Shown here: positions 40,100-49,659 of the stretch, piece after piece
Layout of the letters: each line of letters starts with the position of its first letter
How positions within the stretch are numbered: position 1 is the first letter of the stretch
From: Cenarchaeum sp.
Lineage (GTDB): Archaea > Thermoproteota > Nitrososphaeria > Nitrososphaerales > Nitrosopumilaceae
Assembly (NCBI GenBank): GCA_963692915.1
Contig: OY843584.1
Coordinates: forward strand, 1,472,001-1,536,000
Length of the DNA: 64,000 bases
Direction of reading: 5' to 3'
Notes under the pieces: model-generated
Told to the model about the DNA's origin: nothing
Databases searched by the model: none
The model's input: only the letters and a program-made list of their open reading frames with translations
Translations under genes and position numbers: made by a program

Positions 40100-41146
40100 C
40101 TATGTCTGCGAGTCGGCCACTATGGCCCTGGCCATGACCGTCTCGGGCGCTATTCCCTGCTCGACGGCATACGCGATCGACGCGATATTCCTGACCTCGT
40201 ACGCCACGAGCTTTGTTATGGCAATTATCGTCGCAAGGCTGAACATCTTTGTGAACGCCCTGTTGCATGACGCGTACATTTCAAGCTCCATGGCCCGCTC
40301 AAAGCCGGCGACTGTGTCGAGGTCGGTGCCAGACTGTGGAACCATCGAGCCGTACCTAGTCGAGGCGACCTCTGATAGCGCGTCGCGGACCGATGCCGCA
40401 CCGGCCATGCGCTCCAGGGCCGCGCGCGGAACGCTCGGCGTCGAGCCGGCAGTCAGGTCCAGCGTTGCGGCCTCGTCCAGACCCCAGAGGCGGCCGCGCA
40501 GGACCGCCATGATATTGTAAAAGTCAACGTCGGCCCCGATCATGCGCGACACGTTGCGCTCGCGCGACTCTCGGGCCGCGCGCGCCAGCTCGATGTGCAT
40601 CGTCTTGTCGAGGTATGTGTCTATAGCCTGTATCTGCCCGCGCTCGCCATACAGCGCGACTGCGCGCGCAACCTCGTCACCAAGGCGCGTCCCGCGAAAG
40701 CTAGCGGCGGCCTCCTCGAGGTCCTTTGCGACTAGCGCCTTTACTAGCGTGTCGCGCTCGCGCGCCAGCTCGGCAGCGCGCATGTTTATGTGGCGCTCGA
40801 TCTCGTCTTGTGTCTTGCCGAGTGCCTTGCCCTTTAGGACCATCTTTAGGTTCCAGATGACGAGGCGGCGATAGTATGCGTCAAGAACACCCCTGTCGCC
40901 TGCCGCGCGCGCCATGGCGTGGTGCATCTCGGCGAGGTGCGCCCCGAGGGCCGCCTCGATCTGCGCTGCGCTGTGCGGGGCCTGCAAGTCTGCGACTGCC
41001 GGCCCATAGCGCGTGTTCTTTATCCTCGTGAGGAGCTCGTCCATGCCGCGTGACTCGGCGAGGGCCTGCAGGTCGGCGCGCGAGAGGAGCTTGCCCTTTT
41101 GCCCGTATGCCTTGACTGACGCGTATAGACGTGCTGCCTTGCCCAT
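40100..41146 (-). CDS. atpC: A/V-type ATP synthase subunit C
   Basis: YASVKA...KLL, NLK.VLKGK, D.YNI..LRG and YEVRNI motifs; start MGKAA at 41146. Confidence 0.85.
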   Translation of the reverse strand: MGKAARLYASVKAYGQKGKLLSRADLQALAESRGMDELLTRIKNTRYGPAVADLQAPHSAAQIEAALGAHLAEMHHAMARAAGDRGVLDAYYRRLVIWNLKMVLKGKALGKTQDEIERHINMRAAELARERDTLVKALVAKDLEEAAASFRGTRLGDEVARAVALYGERGQIQAIDTYLDKTMHIELARAARESRERNVSRMIGADVDFYNIMAVLRGRLWGLDEAATLDLTAGSTPSVPRAALERMAGAASVRDALSEVASTRYGSMVPQSGTDLDTVAGFERAMELEMYASCNRAFTKMFSLATIIAITKLVAYEVRNIASIAYAVEQGIAPETVMARAIVADSQT

Positions 41147-41186
41147 TATGGGCAAAGGGTTGGCATGTTGCGATTTTAATGTTGCC

Positions 41187-41201
41187 GTTGTGTCACGTGT
41201 G
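41187..41201. repeat. Left copy of the 15-bp target-site duplication GTTGTGTCACGTGTG
   Basis: Identical to 42294-42308. Confidence 0.92.
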
Positions 41202-42293
41202 TGTTTTATACGAAAAGTAGTAGACTCACTCATTCGAGTCCACCTCCATCCACCTCGGGTTCTCCGCCCGGACCCGCCCGTCGGCCCTGCGCCTCCTGTA
41301 GGCCAGCAGGGGCGTCTCGCCGCCCTTGATGTCCAGGGCGAAGTGGAGGCGCCTCTCGTTGTAGTACGCGATGAACTCGGGGACCCCGCCAAAGTGGCCG
41401 ATCTCCGTCTCGAGCGTCTGGAAGAACCTCTCGACCTTGCCGTTGGTCTGGGGGTGGCGGACGCGCGCCATGAGGTGCGCTATGTCGCGGTCCAGCAGCT
41501 CCCGCTCGAAGAGCGTCGGCGTCCAGCTGCGGCTCGGCGTGCCGCGCCGGCTTGCCGTGAACTGCGTGCCGTGGTCCGAGAGGATCTGCGCCGGCGCGCC
41601 AAACATCCTGATCGCCTTTCGCAGCGCAAGCACGGAGTTTTCCGACGTGGCCTCGGCGAACACGCCAAAGCCCGTGACGCACCGCGACGCGTCGTCGAGG
41701 AACACTATGAGGTGCGAGCCCGCAAGTGGCCCGTATTTCATTATGTGCCAGTCCACGTGCCACAGCGCGCCGGAGTGCGCGCGCTCGAACCTGACCCACT
41801 TTCGCCTGCGCGACTTCGCCCGCGACCTCGTGACGAGCCCCTCCGCCAGCATGATGCGGTACACCGACCAGTACGTTATTTTTGAGTTGTTGCCGCGCAG
41901 CCCCTCGGCCACGCGCACGACGCCGGCCGGCCGGTCGGCGTGCTCGCCGAGGACCTCGGCCACCTCGCCGTCGGTGACGTCCCTGCGCGGCCTTCCCATC
42001 GGCCGCGGCTCCGGCGGCGCGCCGGTGCGCCGGCAGTGCGCGCGAAGCCTGTACGACCACGCCCTGGAGATCCCCAGCTCGCGCGCCACCTCCTCGGCGC
42101 TCCGCGTCGCCAGCGTCCTGGCCACGTACCGGAGCGCCCTGTCGTCAAGCCTCCTGACCGGCATGGCGCGCCGGCGGCGGAGCCCCCCAAACGTATGTTT
42201 CGGCAGCCTGCCGGATCCCGGGGCGCCCCCGGGGCTCCCGGATCTGCGCCCGGCAAGCATTCCTGCCCAGTCTACTACTTTTCGTACAAGGCA
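41202..42293 (-). mobile_element. Intact IS481-family insertion sequence, 1092 bp
   Basis: Imperfect 25-bp TIRs (41202-41226 TGTTTTATACGAAAAGTAGTAGACT; 42269-42293), 15-bp TSD, single DDE transposase. Confidence 0.9.
41226..42164 (-). CDS. IS481-family DDE transposase (HTH + rve integrase core)
   Basis: WHVDW, FLDDASR, SDHGTQF, PQTNGKVERF and YN.RR.H motifs. Confidence 0.92.
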   Translation of the reverse strand: MPVRRLDDRALRYVARTLATRSAEEVARELGISRAWSYRLRAHCRRTGAPPEPRPMGRPRRDVTDGEVAEVLGEHADRPAGVVRVAEGLRGNNSKITYWSVYRIMLAEGLVTRSRAKSRRRKWVRFERAHSGALWHVDWHIMKYGPLAGSHLIVFLDDASRCVTGFGVFAEATSENSVLALRKAIRMFGAPAQILSDHGTQFTASRRGTPSRSWTPTLFERELLDRDIAHLMARVRHPQTNGKVERFFQTLETEIGHFGGVPEFIAYYNERRLHFALDIKGGETPLLAYRRRRADGRVRAENPRWMEVDSNE

Positions 42294-42308
42294 GTTGTGT
42301 CACGTGTG
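42294..42308. repeat. Right copy of the 15-bp target-site duplication
   Basis: GTTGTGTCACGTGTG, identical to 41187-41201. Confidence 0.92.
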
Positions 42309-42410
42309 TATGAGCTGCCTTGGGCAGTAATGGCCGGAACTCAGTGCGATCCACAGGAGATGAGCGTGCCTGAGACTCTGGGGTTCGCAGGGCGGACTGC
42401 CCCACGGCGT

Positions 42411-43616
42411 CTAGCCCCGGCTCTCTAGTATGTGTCTATATTCACGCGACTTGCGGGCCAGCTCTACGAGCAGATCCAAATTTTCGTCGCTAAGGCGCAG
42501 CCTGCATTCTGCATTATATGCTAGCACGAATCGCTTTAGTCTCCTCGTTCCATCCGGCAATGCGCTGTCATGAGGCGCTAGGAAAATTAGATCAGCGACG
42601 CTTTTTCCAACTGACAACGCTGCAAAGGTGCGCTTTGATGACCCCCCGCCATCGTCAAAATATAACCATGATTTTTTGACTGTGGTTACATTGAATCTAT
42701 CTTGTATCATTTTGGTCAATTTTATGACTCGTGCGCGTACCTCGGGGTTTGCCTTTGCAAGTGCGACTGACCATTTTTTGCTTGGCGGTTTACGAGTTCT
42801 TTTTCTTGTACCTCCTGTTTTCCCTCCTGATAGTTTTCTACCTCTTACTACAAAACCATTCACTTTGCTTATAATCACATCAGTTCTTTTTACAAGTGCG
42901 TCATAAGACTGTTTATCTCTTTTATCAATATCCGGCAAGTCGGCTGAACTATTAGTTGATTCCCATTCTCGTGATTTGGCAAATTTAATTAAATGATTTT
43001 CTAGATTTTTCCGCACGTTCATATCGCTAAATATTTCTTCAAACAATATTGCAATATGAGTGAATTTCTTATTTGCCCAATGCTTATTGATAATTCTTTT
43101 ATACGCACATTTTGTTTCTCCAACATAAGCTGTGTTGTCGTTTAGATTCATCAAAATATAGACGCCGGGCTTTTTTTCTGAATCAATTTGTTTTACTGCC
43201 ATGTTGAATATTTTTTTGTTTTTTTCACAAAAAACAAACAAAGTTGTGGGTTTCATTCCTCCGTAGATGTAGCTTCCTTCTGTTACGCTTTTTAAATCTT
43301 CCCAATAGGAGTAGCTAAATCCTTGATGGCTGCCCAATGTATCATGATAACTAAATGTGCCATGTCGACTATTCTGAGCAGGATGAGATGTTTTAACGCG
43401 TGTATTTAGACCATACACGCCTGGCCGTATGCGCTTAAACTTCTTCGGATTTCTATATACGTGGCTTGCTATGCTTGATCTAGGTTCTTTGTTACGGATG
43501 GGCGCAAGTCTTTTCTGTAATATTTTATTTGTGATCTCTGGGATACTCATGGGCTCATGCTCTGCCAAGACCTTTGCTATGGCGTCTATCTGTTTGAGCA
43601 CTTTTAACGTGCGCAC
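42411..43616 (-). CDS. HTH (HARE-HTH-like) + GIY-YIG nuclease + DUF5655-like C-terminal domain
   Basis: N-terminal VL.E..PM...EI...I...F.R..PG.YGL; PGVYIL....AYVGET..YKRI..H; AT-rich core. Confidence 0.65.
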   Translation of the reverse strand: MRTLKVLKQIDAIAKVLAEHEPMSIPEITNKILQKRLAPIRNKEPRSSIASHVYRNPKKFKRIRPGVYGLNTRVKTSHPAQNSRHGTFSYHDTLGSHQGFSYSYWEDLKSVTEGSYIYGGMKPTTLFVFCEKNKKIFNMAVKQIDSEKKPGVYILMNLNDNTAYVGETKCAYKRIINKHWANKKFTHIAILFEEIFSDMNVRKNLENHLIKFAKSREWESTNSSADLPDIDKRDKQSYDALVKRTDVIISKVNGFVVRGRKLSGGKTGGTRKRTRKPPSKKWSVALAKANPEVRARVIKLTKMIQDRFNVTTVKKSWLYFDDGGGSSKRTFAALSVGKSVADLIFLAPHDSALPDGTRRLKRFVLAYNAECRLRLSDENLDLLVELARKSREYRHILESRG

Positions 43617-43857
43617 TACTACCCCCGTGTTAATAAATATGCCTGTGCCGCAGACTGCCTCTGGTGACAGCTACGTTTGGCTGTAGTGTGAACAAGTCGG
43701 CCGAATCGTCCTAATTCTCTGAGATCACGTAACGCCGAACTCTGGGTCTAACCTGCAGTTGTGGCGTGTCCAAAAAATATCTGCTTCCAAGCGATCGTTT
43801 GCTGTTCATATGCAAAAGATGACAATTATTTGGGGAATATAGAAACATCAAAACACC

Positions 43858-44385
43858 TCATGCAGCATTGAGTTTTAATCGACCTGTCTTTTTCCATTGG
43901 ACAAATCTCGCGTTCTTCGAAAATGCTCGTGTTAGCTTCTTTGCGCAGCTATCGGCGGCGACTTGAGTGTTTTTGAGAGTGTCGATACTATAACACACTG
44001 GCTTTTCATAGTTCCCCGACACCCCCTCTGGGGTTATGGTATCTATGCAGTGTGCTAGACCATTTCGAACCTTCCTGATCTTCTTTAGAGATCGGTTAAT
44101 GCCGTAGATGCTGGTGTGATTTCCGACCGTGTTGTCTCTCTCCTTGGTGCTCATATTGCGCATCTTGGCTCTAATTTCATTTTGTGACACCTCGCTTATT
44201 TTCCCGCTTGTTTCTAGGGCGACAAACGTGAGATATTCGACCACCTTGTGATCTATGCGACTGACACTAAGCACTATGCCCATGGCGGCCTCTAGCGTCT
44301 CGCACTTGCCCTCACCGTACCTGTCGAGCGCACGTCTCTTGGATCTTGATCGCCTTTTCACGTTCGTGCCTTGCGCAACTCCCAC
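43858..44385 (-). CDS. Putative HEPN-like RNase
   Basis: Helical protein with R-x4-H motif (RNGLAH); GTG start inferred from a TATA-like box at ~44411. Confidence 0.5.
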   Translation of the reverse strand: MGVAQGTNVKRRSRSKRRALDRYGEGKCETLEAAMGIVLSVSRIDHKVVEYLTFVALETSGKISEVSQNEIRAKMRNMSTKERDNTVGNHTSIYGINRSLKKIRKVRNGLAHCIDTITPEGVSGNYEKPVCYSIDTLKNTQVAADSCAKKLTRAFSKNARFVQWKKTGRLKLNAA

Positions 44386-44706
44386 GAGCAACTTACCGAC
44401 CTGTAAGTAGTTAAATTTTACGGATCGCAGGCAATAGCACCGTGATCGCAGTGTTTTGGGATCGCGCTTGCTCTCTTGCGCATGCACTGCATGCACTACG
44501 TGTATTGTGCCCCCGGCGCCTCGTTACCCACGCGTGCTTGGCTCGTAGAGGCTTGGCGACGTCTACAGAAAAACTTATAACATAATCTCTAGTATATGCG
44601 TGATGATGAAATGTCATGCGGCGCGGCGCTTCGCGATAGCAGGCCGGGACAAGGATCAACGAAATGATGGTCTGCCTCTGCGGGAATTCTTGGGAGGCTG
44701 TTCCTA

Positions 44707-45990
44707 ATGTGGGACTATTGGCTTGATGAGCCGCCGGGCGAGTGCGATTCGGAGTGCGGGCCAAAGTGTGCCTCGCCCATACACCGGACATATGCTGCAT
44801 ACATGGCGCCACAGCCAGTCCTGGAGCCGCTGAATGGCCTAGACGCCACACTCGTCCGCATGTTCGACCTCCGCATTGCGCTCGACTTTCTCCTGAACGA
44901 CATGACCAACCTCGCATGGAGCTCGTCTGACAAGAGTCATTACCTGATAAGGTCGAGGCTTCAGTACATGGCCCTTGACTTTCACACATTTGGTGACATG
45001 GCCGACGGCCTAGTTGAGCAGCTCGACGAGGCTAGACGAAACTCGATCTCGCCCCTCCTCCCCGTCTTGCAGAGGGTGCACGAGCTCGCATCTGGGATGC
45101 CAGATATGCGCCGCAAGGTTGTGCGTCCGGGTACTGGGCTGTTTGGAGACGTAAAGCGGCTCAACGGCAACGAGTACGTGCCCCCATTCGCCGACGAAGA
45201 GTCGTTTCTTGTGTGCGCAAACCTGGCACTCACGTTCATTGACGGACTCTTGTACACGATTCCAGACATATTCTGCTCGGCGTTATCCAAGATCTCGCCC
45301 AACGGCTCTACGGTCAGTCCGTGTGACCATGACTCGATTTCAAAAGAGTCGTCCTCGTATATGCAAAAAAATCCCATACGCTGTGTTGACTTTGACCGGA
45401 TGGGCAAAGACGCGCCACGTGTGGCCACAGAGCTTATCAGGGTCAGGTGGGCACTGCGGTCAGCCCTTGACAGGCACAACTTGGCGTGCATTGACATTGC
45501 GCTTCCAAACCGCATGTCGCGGCTGTGGAACATGCTCTTGCGCCCAAAGCTGATGCTTTGCACAAAGCAGATCATAATAGAGCTCCACACGCTTCTTGCC
45601 CTATATGACACGATGCGCAGCGCGGGCTGCACGCCATCTATGGATGACGCCATTGTCGGGGACTTGCTAAAACATAGAAACGCAATCGCGCGCCTACGGA
45701 ACACAGCAGTCAGCTGGGACGATGCTGCGGACTATGAGCCGTTCTTTGACCTGATCGAGCGCGAGATTGGCCACGAGAGGCTGATCCTTCTTGCGTCTGT
45801 GGCCCACGAGTGGATCCTGGCAAACTCCAACCACTATCAGGAGAAATGCGCCGGATATGCGCTGGTGCCAGACCTGCCCAACATAACTAGGCGCATCGAC
45901 TTTTTGGAGGCTGCGCGCAAGGCCTCATTCTACCGCGTAAAGGCCAAAAATGCGCTCGAGCGCCTCAAGATTCCTGCGATGGTCAACTAG
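44707..45990 (+). CDS. Hypothetical all-helical protein with an internal two-fold repeat
   Basis: 427-aa ORF; halves share LRxALD, (D/E)(F/L)HT and (M/L)R(R/N) motifs. Confidence 0.6.
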   Translation: MWDYWLDEPPGECDSECGPKCASPIHRTYAAYMAPQPVLEPLNGLDATLVRMFDLRIALDFLLNDMTNLAWSSSDKSHYLIRSRLQYMALDFHTFGDMADGLVEQLDEARRNSISPLLPVLQRVHELASGMPDMRRKVVRPGTGLFGDVKRLNGNEYVPPFADEESFLVCANLALTFIDGLLYTIPDIFCSALSKISPNGSTVSPCDHDSISKESSSYMQKNPIRCVDFDRMGKDAPRVATELIRVRWALRSALDRHNLACIDIALPNRMSRLWNMLLRPKLMLCTKQIIIELHTLLALYDTMRSAGCTPSMDDAIVGDLLKHRNAIARLRNTAVSWDDAADYEPFFDLIEREIGHERLILLASVAHEWILANSNHYQEKCAGYALVPDLPNITRRIDFLEAARKASFYRVKAKNALERLKIPAMVN

Positions 45991-46055
45991 CGGCCGGGGT
46001 CGCCACGCCCGCATAACGACATGACTTTTTAGCCACTGCGGCCACACGCGCCACC

Positions 46056-48599
46056 GTGATCGCGCGATGGCTGTGCATTCTCCCCGTGGCAGTCGCCGTC
46101 ATGCTGCTCACCGTTACTCCCTTGGAGGCTGACGCCGAGTCCACCAGCATTCGACTTGATCCCGTCCCACGACTCGTAGCCGGCGAATATGCGACATTTA
46201 CTGGCTCGCTCGTGGACTCGTCAGGCCGACCCGTGGCCGGTGCCGAGATTGACATAAAGGATGACGACTTTGGGCCAGATGACTATATCGCAACCGTTCG
46301 CACCGGCTCGGATGGCCGCTTTTCAGCCAGGGTTGTCGTGAAAGACTGGGATGAGTGGGGAGGCGCGACTGACATTTACGCAGTCTTTGAGGGCGCAGGC
46401 GGGTTTTCAAAGTCGCGTAGCGCAACGCAGGAGGCATACGTGAGTTCACGCGGCGCCGGAGGATCGTCCGGAGGCTCACCATCTGGGGGATACTATTTGG
46501 GCGGCTCGCCTCCTGACACATACACACCTGCTGCAAAGTCATCCACTGGCCTCACGCTACGTTTTAGTGCCAATTCTGTGTATGCTGGCGAGACGATCAC
46601 GTTCTCCGGCCAGCTCACGTCCGGAGGTCGGTCACTCTCAGGGGCGACGATCCACATCAAAGAGGACGATCCCGCATGGCGTGATGAGTTCCTTGCAACC
46701 ACCACAACTGACTCGCAAGGGCGCTATTCTGTGACCTGGCGCGCGTCTGCTGCGACATTTGAGACTGACTTTGACGTGTATGCCGTCTTTGAGGGCTCGT
46801 CAGACTATTTGCGCTCGACGTCATACCAGTACACGCTTCCTGTCCTAAAGCGCTCGGGCACGATCACACTAGATACGCTGCCGCGCAGCGTCCACATTGG
46901 TGATCTAGTAACCTTTTCGGGCAACTTGCGCATTCCAGGAGTGGATACAACGAACATACTGGTGTATATAATGGACGAGGACTTTGCCAATCCAGACGAT
47001 CTCCTAGCGACCGCATACGTGGAACGTGACGGAAGCTATTCGGTCAGCTGGGTCGCACGCAAGGTAGACTCTGACAATGTTGCAGACATTTACGCAGTCT
47101 TTGAAGGTGATGCTACGCACTACCGCTTGACGACGTGCGATGACGGACCCACGCGTTCCTTTGGCGGGTGGTGCTTAGACACGGTAAAGCTCTCGATCCT
47201 TGCAGAGCGGCCACGCGTGGAGCCTGACCCGCCGGGAGGCCAATACATGGAACTGACCTATGTGCTCGACTTTATGTCTAGGCCTACAGTTGCCATATCG
47301 CCAAGTCGCGACTCGTATGACGCTGTTCGCCACCACATAATTCCTACCAGGGAAGGCCTCGAGACGCTCTCCTCGGAGCTTTCCGCACGCCATGGAGGCG
47401 ACTGGCTCCTTAACTATGAGGTTCTCGAGAAAGGCAAGTGGAGGGCTAACTCAAGGGCTGACGTTGTGGTCAACCTCATCACGGGTTATGATGACGACTA
47501 TTGCAATGACGTGCTTGGGTGGGCTCCGGGCGTTCGCGAGTCGCGCCCAATCCAGGTATACGTCTGCTCCACGTCGGGGCAGACGACGCATTCCAACGCA
47601 GAGGTTATGCTGACTGCCACGCACGAGTTTATTCATGCGATTGGGTTGGGTCATGTATTTAACAAGAAAAACGACATGATGTGCAGCGTCGAGGACGGCG
47701 TGCCTACATGCCCTCCCTCATACAACGAGGAACCCAGACCATCGAGCTTAGTGCTAGACGCAATCGCCGAGGTATATGGGCGCGATGGTTTTGTCGTTCC
47801 CAACAAAGGTGTCACTAACACGTATTTTGCGATATGGGACGGGCGCACCTCCCCGACCACGCAGGGTGGGACACAGGCGGTTCCGACTATGCGGGGTCTT
47901 GCTGACGGTGGTCGACTTGTACTTGAGACGGTACCCACACGCACGTTCTCCGAGCACGCCTCGTATGTTGAGAGCTTTGGATATTTTGGTCCCGAGCTTG
48001 AGTTCCTGAACGACACGTTCATCCTGCCCCACGATATTACCGTGAGCCTGCGGGAGTGCGGTGGGACGACCTCTTCGTATGACCGAGCATCGAGGACGAT
48101 TCTCATATGCTACGAACGCGTGGCCGACTATGTGGATGTCACATACGAGCTAGATTTTGACGTTGATGATAGCTATGTGTATATATTCAACAATGTCGAC
48201 TTTGAGCTGTACCGCGGCCTTGCCTATGCGCTATCTCACGTGCACGATCTGCCGACTTTTGGATATGGTGTCCACATGGCGGACAGCTTTGCTGCATATG
48301 CCATGCTCACGTTTTACGATGATCCGGCCTTTGGTCAGGACATAGTGTACGACGCGTCCACGCAGCTGTATGCACAAAGCGAGTATGGCACAGGCAACAC
48401 TGCATCACATGCACACGACCTCGAGCGATTTCACAGGATCACGTGCTATGCGTACGGACAGGACACAGAGTCCAACGCGTACCTTGTGACCGAGGGGTGG
48501 CTCCCCGAAAATATCAGCAGATCCTGCTCCTTGACGTATGCTACGATGGTCGATATATGGGACACTGCGCTGTCAGGATACATGCACGGCGTCTACTGA
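46056..48599 (+). CDS. Secreted protein: three Ig-like repeats + metzincin protease + degenerate DUF4344-like domain
   Basis: Signal peptide; 3 repeats ending D(I/V)YAVFEG; HEFIHAIGLGH plus downstream Met-turn (DMM); C-terminal ECG...Y...I.ICYE. Confidence 0.8.
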   Translation: MIARWLCILPVAVAVMLLTVTPLEADAESTSIRLDPVPRLVAGEYATFTGSLVDSSGRPVAGAEIDIKDDDFGPDDYIATVRTGSDGRFSARVVVKDWDEWGGATDIYAVFEGAGGFSKSRSATQEAYVSSRGAGGSSGGSPSGGYYLGGSPPDTYTPAAKSSTGLTLRFSANSVYAGETITFSGQLTSGGRSLSGATIHIKEDDPAWRDEFLATTTTDSQGRYSVTWRASAATFETDFDVYAVFEGSSDYLRSTSYQYTLPVLKRSGTITLDTLPRSVHIGDLVTFSGNLRIPGVDTTNILVYIMDEDFANPDDLLATAYVERDGSYSVSWVARKVDSDNVADIYAVFEGDATHYRLTTCDDGPTRSFGGWCLDTVKLSILAERPRVEPDPPGGQYMELTYVLDFMSRPTVAISPSRDSYDAVRHHIIPTREGLETLSSELSARHGGDWLLNYEVLEKGKWRANSRADVVVNLITGYDDDYCNDVLGWAPGVRESRPIQVYVCSTSGQTTHSNAEVMLTATHEFIHAIGLGHVFNKKNDMMCSVEDGVPTCPPSYNEEPRPSSLVLDAIAEVYGRDGFVVPNKGVTNTYFAIWDGRTSPTTQGGTQAVPTMRGLADGGRLVLETVPTRTFSEHASYVESFGYFGPELEFLNDTFILPHDITVSLRECGGTTSSYDRASRTILICYERVADYVDVTYELDFDVDDSYVYIFNNVDFELYRGLAYALSHVHDLPTFGYGVHMADSFAAYAMLTFYDDPAFGQDIVYDASTQLYAQSEYGTGNTASHAHDLERFHRITCYAYGQDTESNAYLVTEGWLPENISRSCSLTYATMVDIWDTALSGYMHGVY

Positions 48600-48670
48600 A
48601 CGTAGTGCATCCGGCGTCAGGAACATCGTCACAATGCCTCCTAATCTACCCATACGTGGCTATACAAAGC

Positions 48671-49495
48671 ATGACCCATACGCGATCATACATTGGAACA
48701 ACGCGATATTGGGATCTGGGTATTTATGACCCTCCATGTGCCGACTGGCCAGAATTGACGTTCAAAACTGCTGGAATTCAGGTGCTTCGCAGCGCAGACT
48801 CGCCAATACACTATAACGACATCACCAAAAAAGCCATCGATGATGCCCTCATCACGACTGAGGGCAAAACGCCTGAACGGACAATGTATGTTATACTCAT
48901 GCAGGAGTCAAAAACCCCAAACCCGGCAGTTGTGATGCACAAGGATGGCATATTTTCACTTAGTGCTGATTATGATCCTAAACGACAACAGGCTGACGAA
49001 GAACGTGAACATGACATGGATGATCAAGAAGACGTTCTTTCCAAAAACGCTCGCTATATTGGGAAAATGGGCGAATATCGTGTTGCAAGCGAACTGCTAC
49101 ATAGAGACTACAAAGCAAATATTGGTGCTGTTGATGATGGGATTGACATTGTTGCTACCAAAAACCAACATATAGTTTACATTCAAGTCAAAACATCCAA
49201 CAACAAGAATGGCCGACATATATCTGATCTTAGTATCAAATCATTCAAGAAAAACCTATCTGAAAACGTATATTATATTTTTGTGCTGGTAGATAAGCCA
49301 GATATCTCATTTTTAATTATGCCGTATCATGAGATTTCTAAGCAGATTAACCTGGGACAACTTAAAGTGATTAACAAGGGCGAGAAGTATCGGGCTATGA
49401 TCACTCTTCGAGATAACAAGGTATATCTTGGCAAGGTGGGTAATGATGTCACATATTATTTGAATTCGTGGGATATAATAACACAATCATCCTGA
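48671..49495 (+). CDS. HARE-HTH + PD-(D/E)xK endonuclease
   Basis: TF..A..QVL....P.HY.DIT.KA....LI.T.GKTP..TM; G..GEY.V.SEL...DDGIDIVA....YIQVKT; start uncertain. Confidence 0.75.
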   Translation: MTHTRSYIGTTRYWDLGIYDPPCADWPELTFKTAGIQVLRSADSPIHYNDITKKAIDDALITTEGKTPERTMYVILMQESKTPNPAVVMHKDGIFSLSADYDPKRQQADEEREHDMDDQEDVLSKNARYIGKMGEYRVASELLHRDYKANIGAVDDGIDIVATKNQHIVYIQVKTSNNKNGRHISDLSIKSFKKNLSENVYYIFVLVDKPDISFLIMPYHEISKQINLGQLKVINKGEKYRAMITLRDNKVYLGKVGNDVTYYLNSWDIITQSS

Positions 49496-49638
49496 GTTTG
49501 TGTATCAGCTATGAAGATCTTTCGTGTATAGCTGTTGATAAGCAAAATATTGTTTGACCCTAATGTTAAGAGGCACGACTTGAACACAAAGTGTTTGATC
49601 GAATGAGGAATGAAAGTCAGGACAGATTTCATGGGTCT

Positions 49639-49659
49639 GGGGGGGGGGGGGGGGGGGGG
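49639..49659 (+). repeat. G21 homopolymer tract
   Basis: 21 consecutive G in the intergenic region upstream of the helicase gene. Confidence 0.9.

Noticed and set aside
39100-40100. CRISPR-Cas locus suggested by the Cas4-like gene
   Set aside because: No repeat-spacer array and no cas1/cas2 or effector genes were seen anywhere in the window.
138-41146. Many long antisense or overlapping ORFs in the six-frame track (e.g. 2197..3114, 11028..12047, 13538..14644, 36342..37160)
   Set aside because: These are shadow ORFs of well-supported genes, expected in GC-rich DNA; they are Arg/Ser/Ala-rich with no motifs.
41139-41155. Palindrome TTGCCCAT-T-ATGGGCAA over the atpC start codon as an operator
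   Set aside because: Single occurrence, half of it is coding-constrained, and there is no supporting evidence.
40100-41392. N-terminally extended ATPase subunit C (430 aa in the ORF track)
   Set aside because: The extension is an alternative frame of the IS 3' end; subunit C homology and a TATA-like box support a start at 41146.
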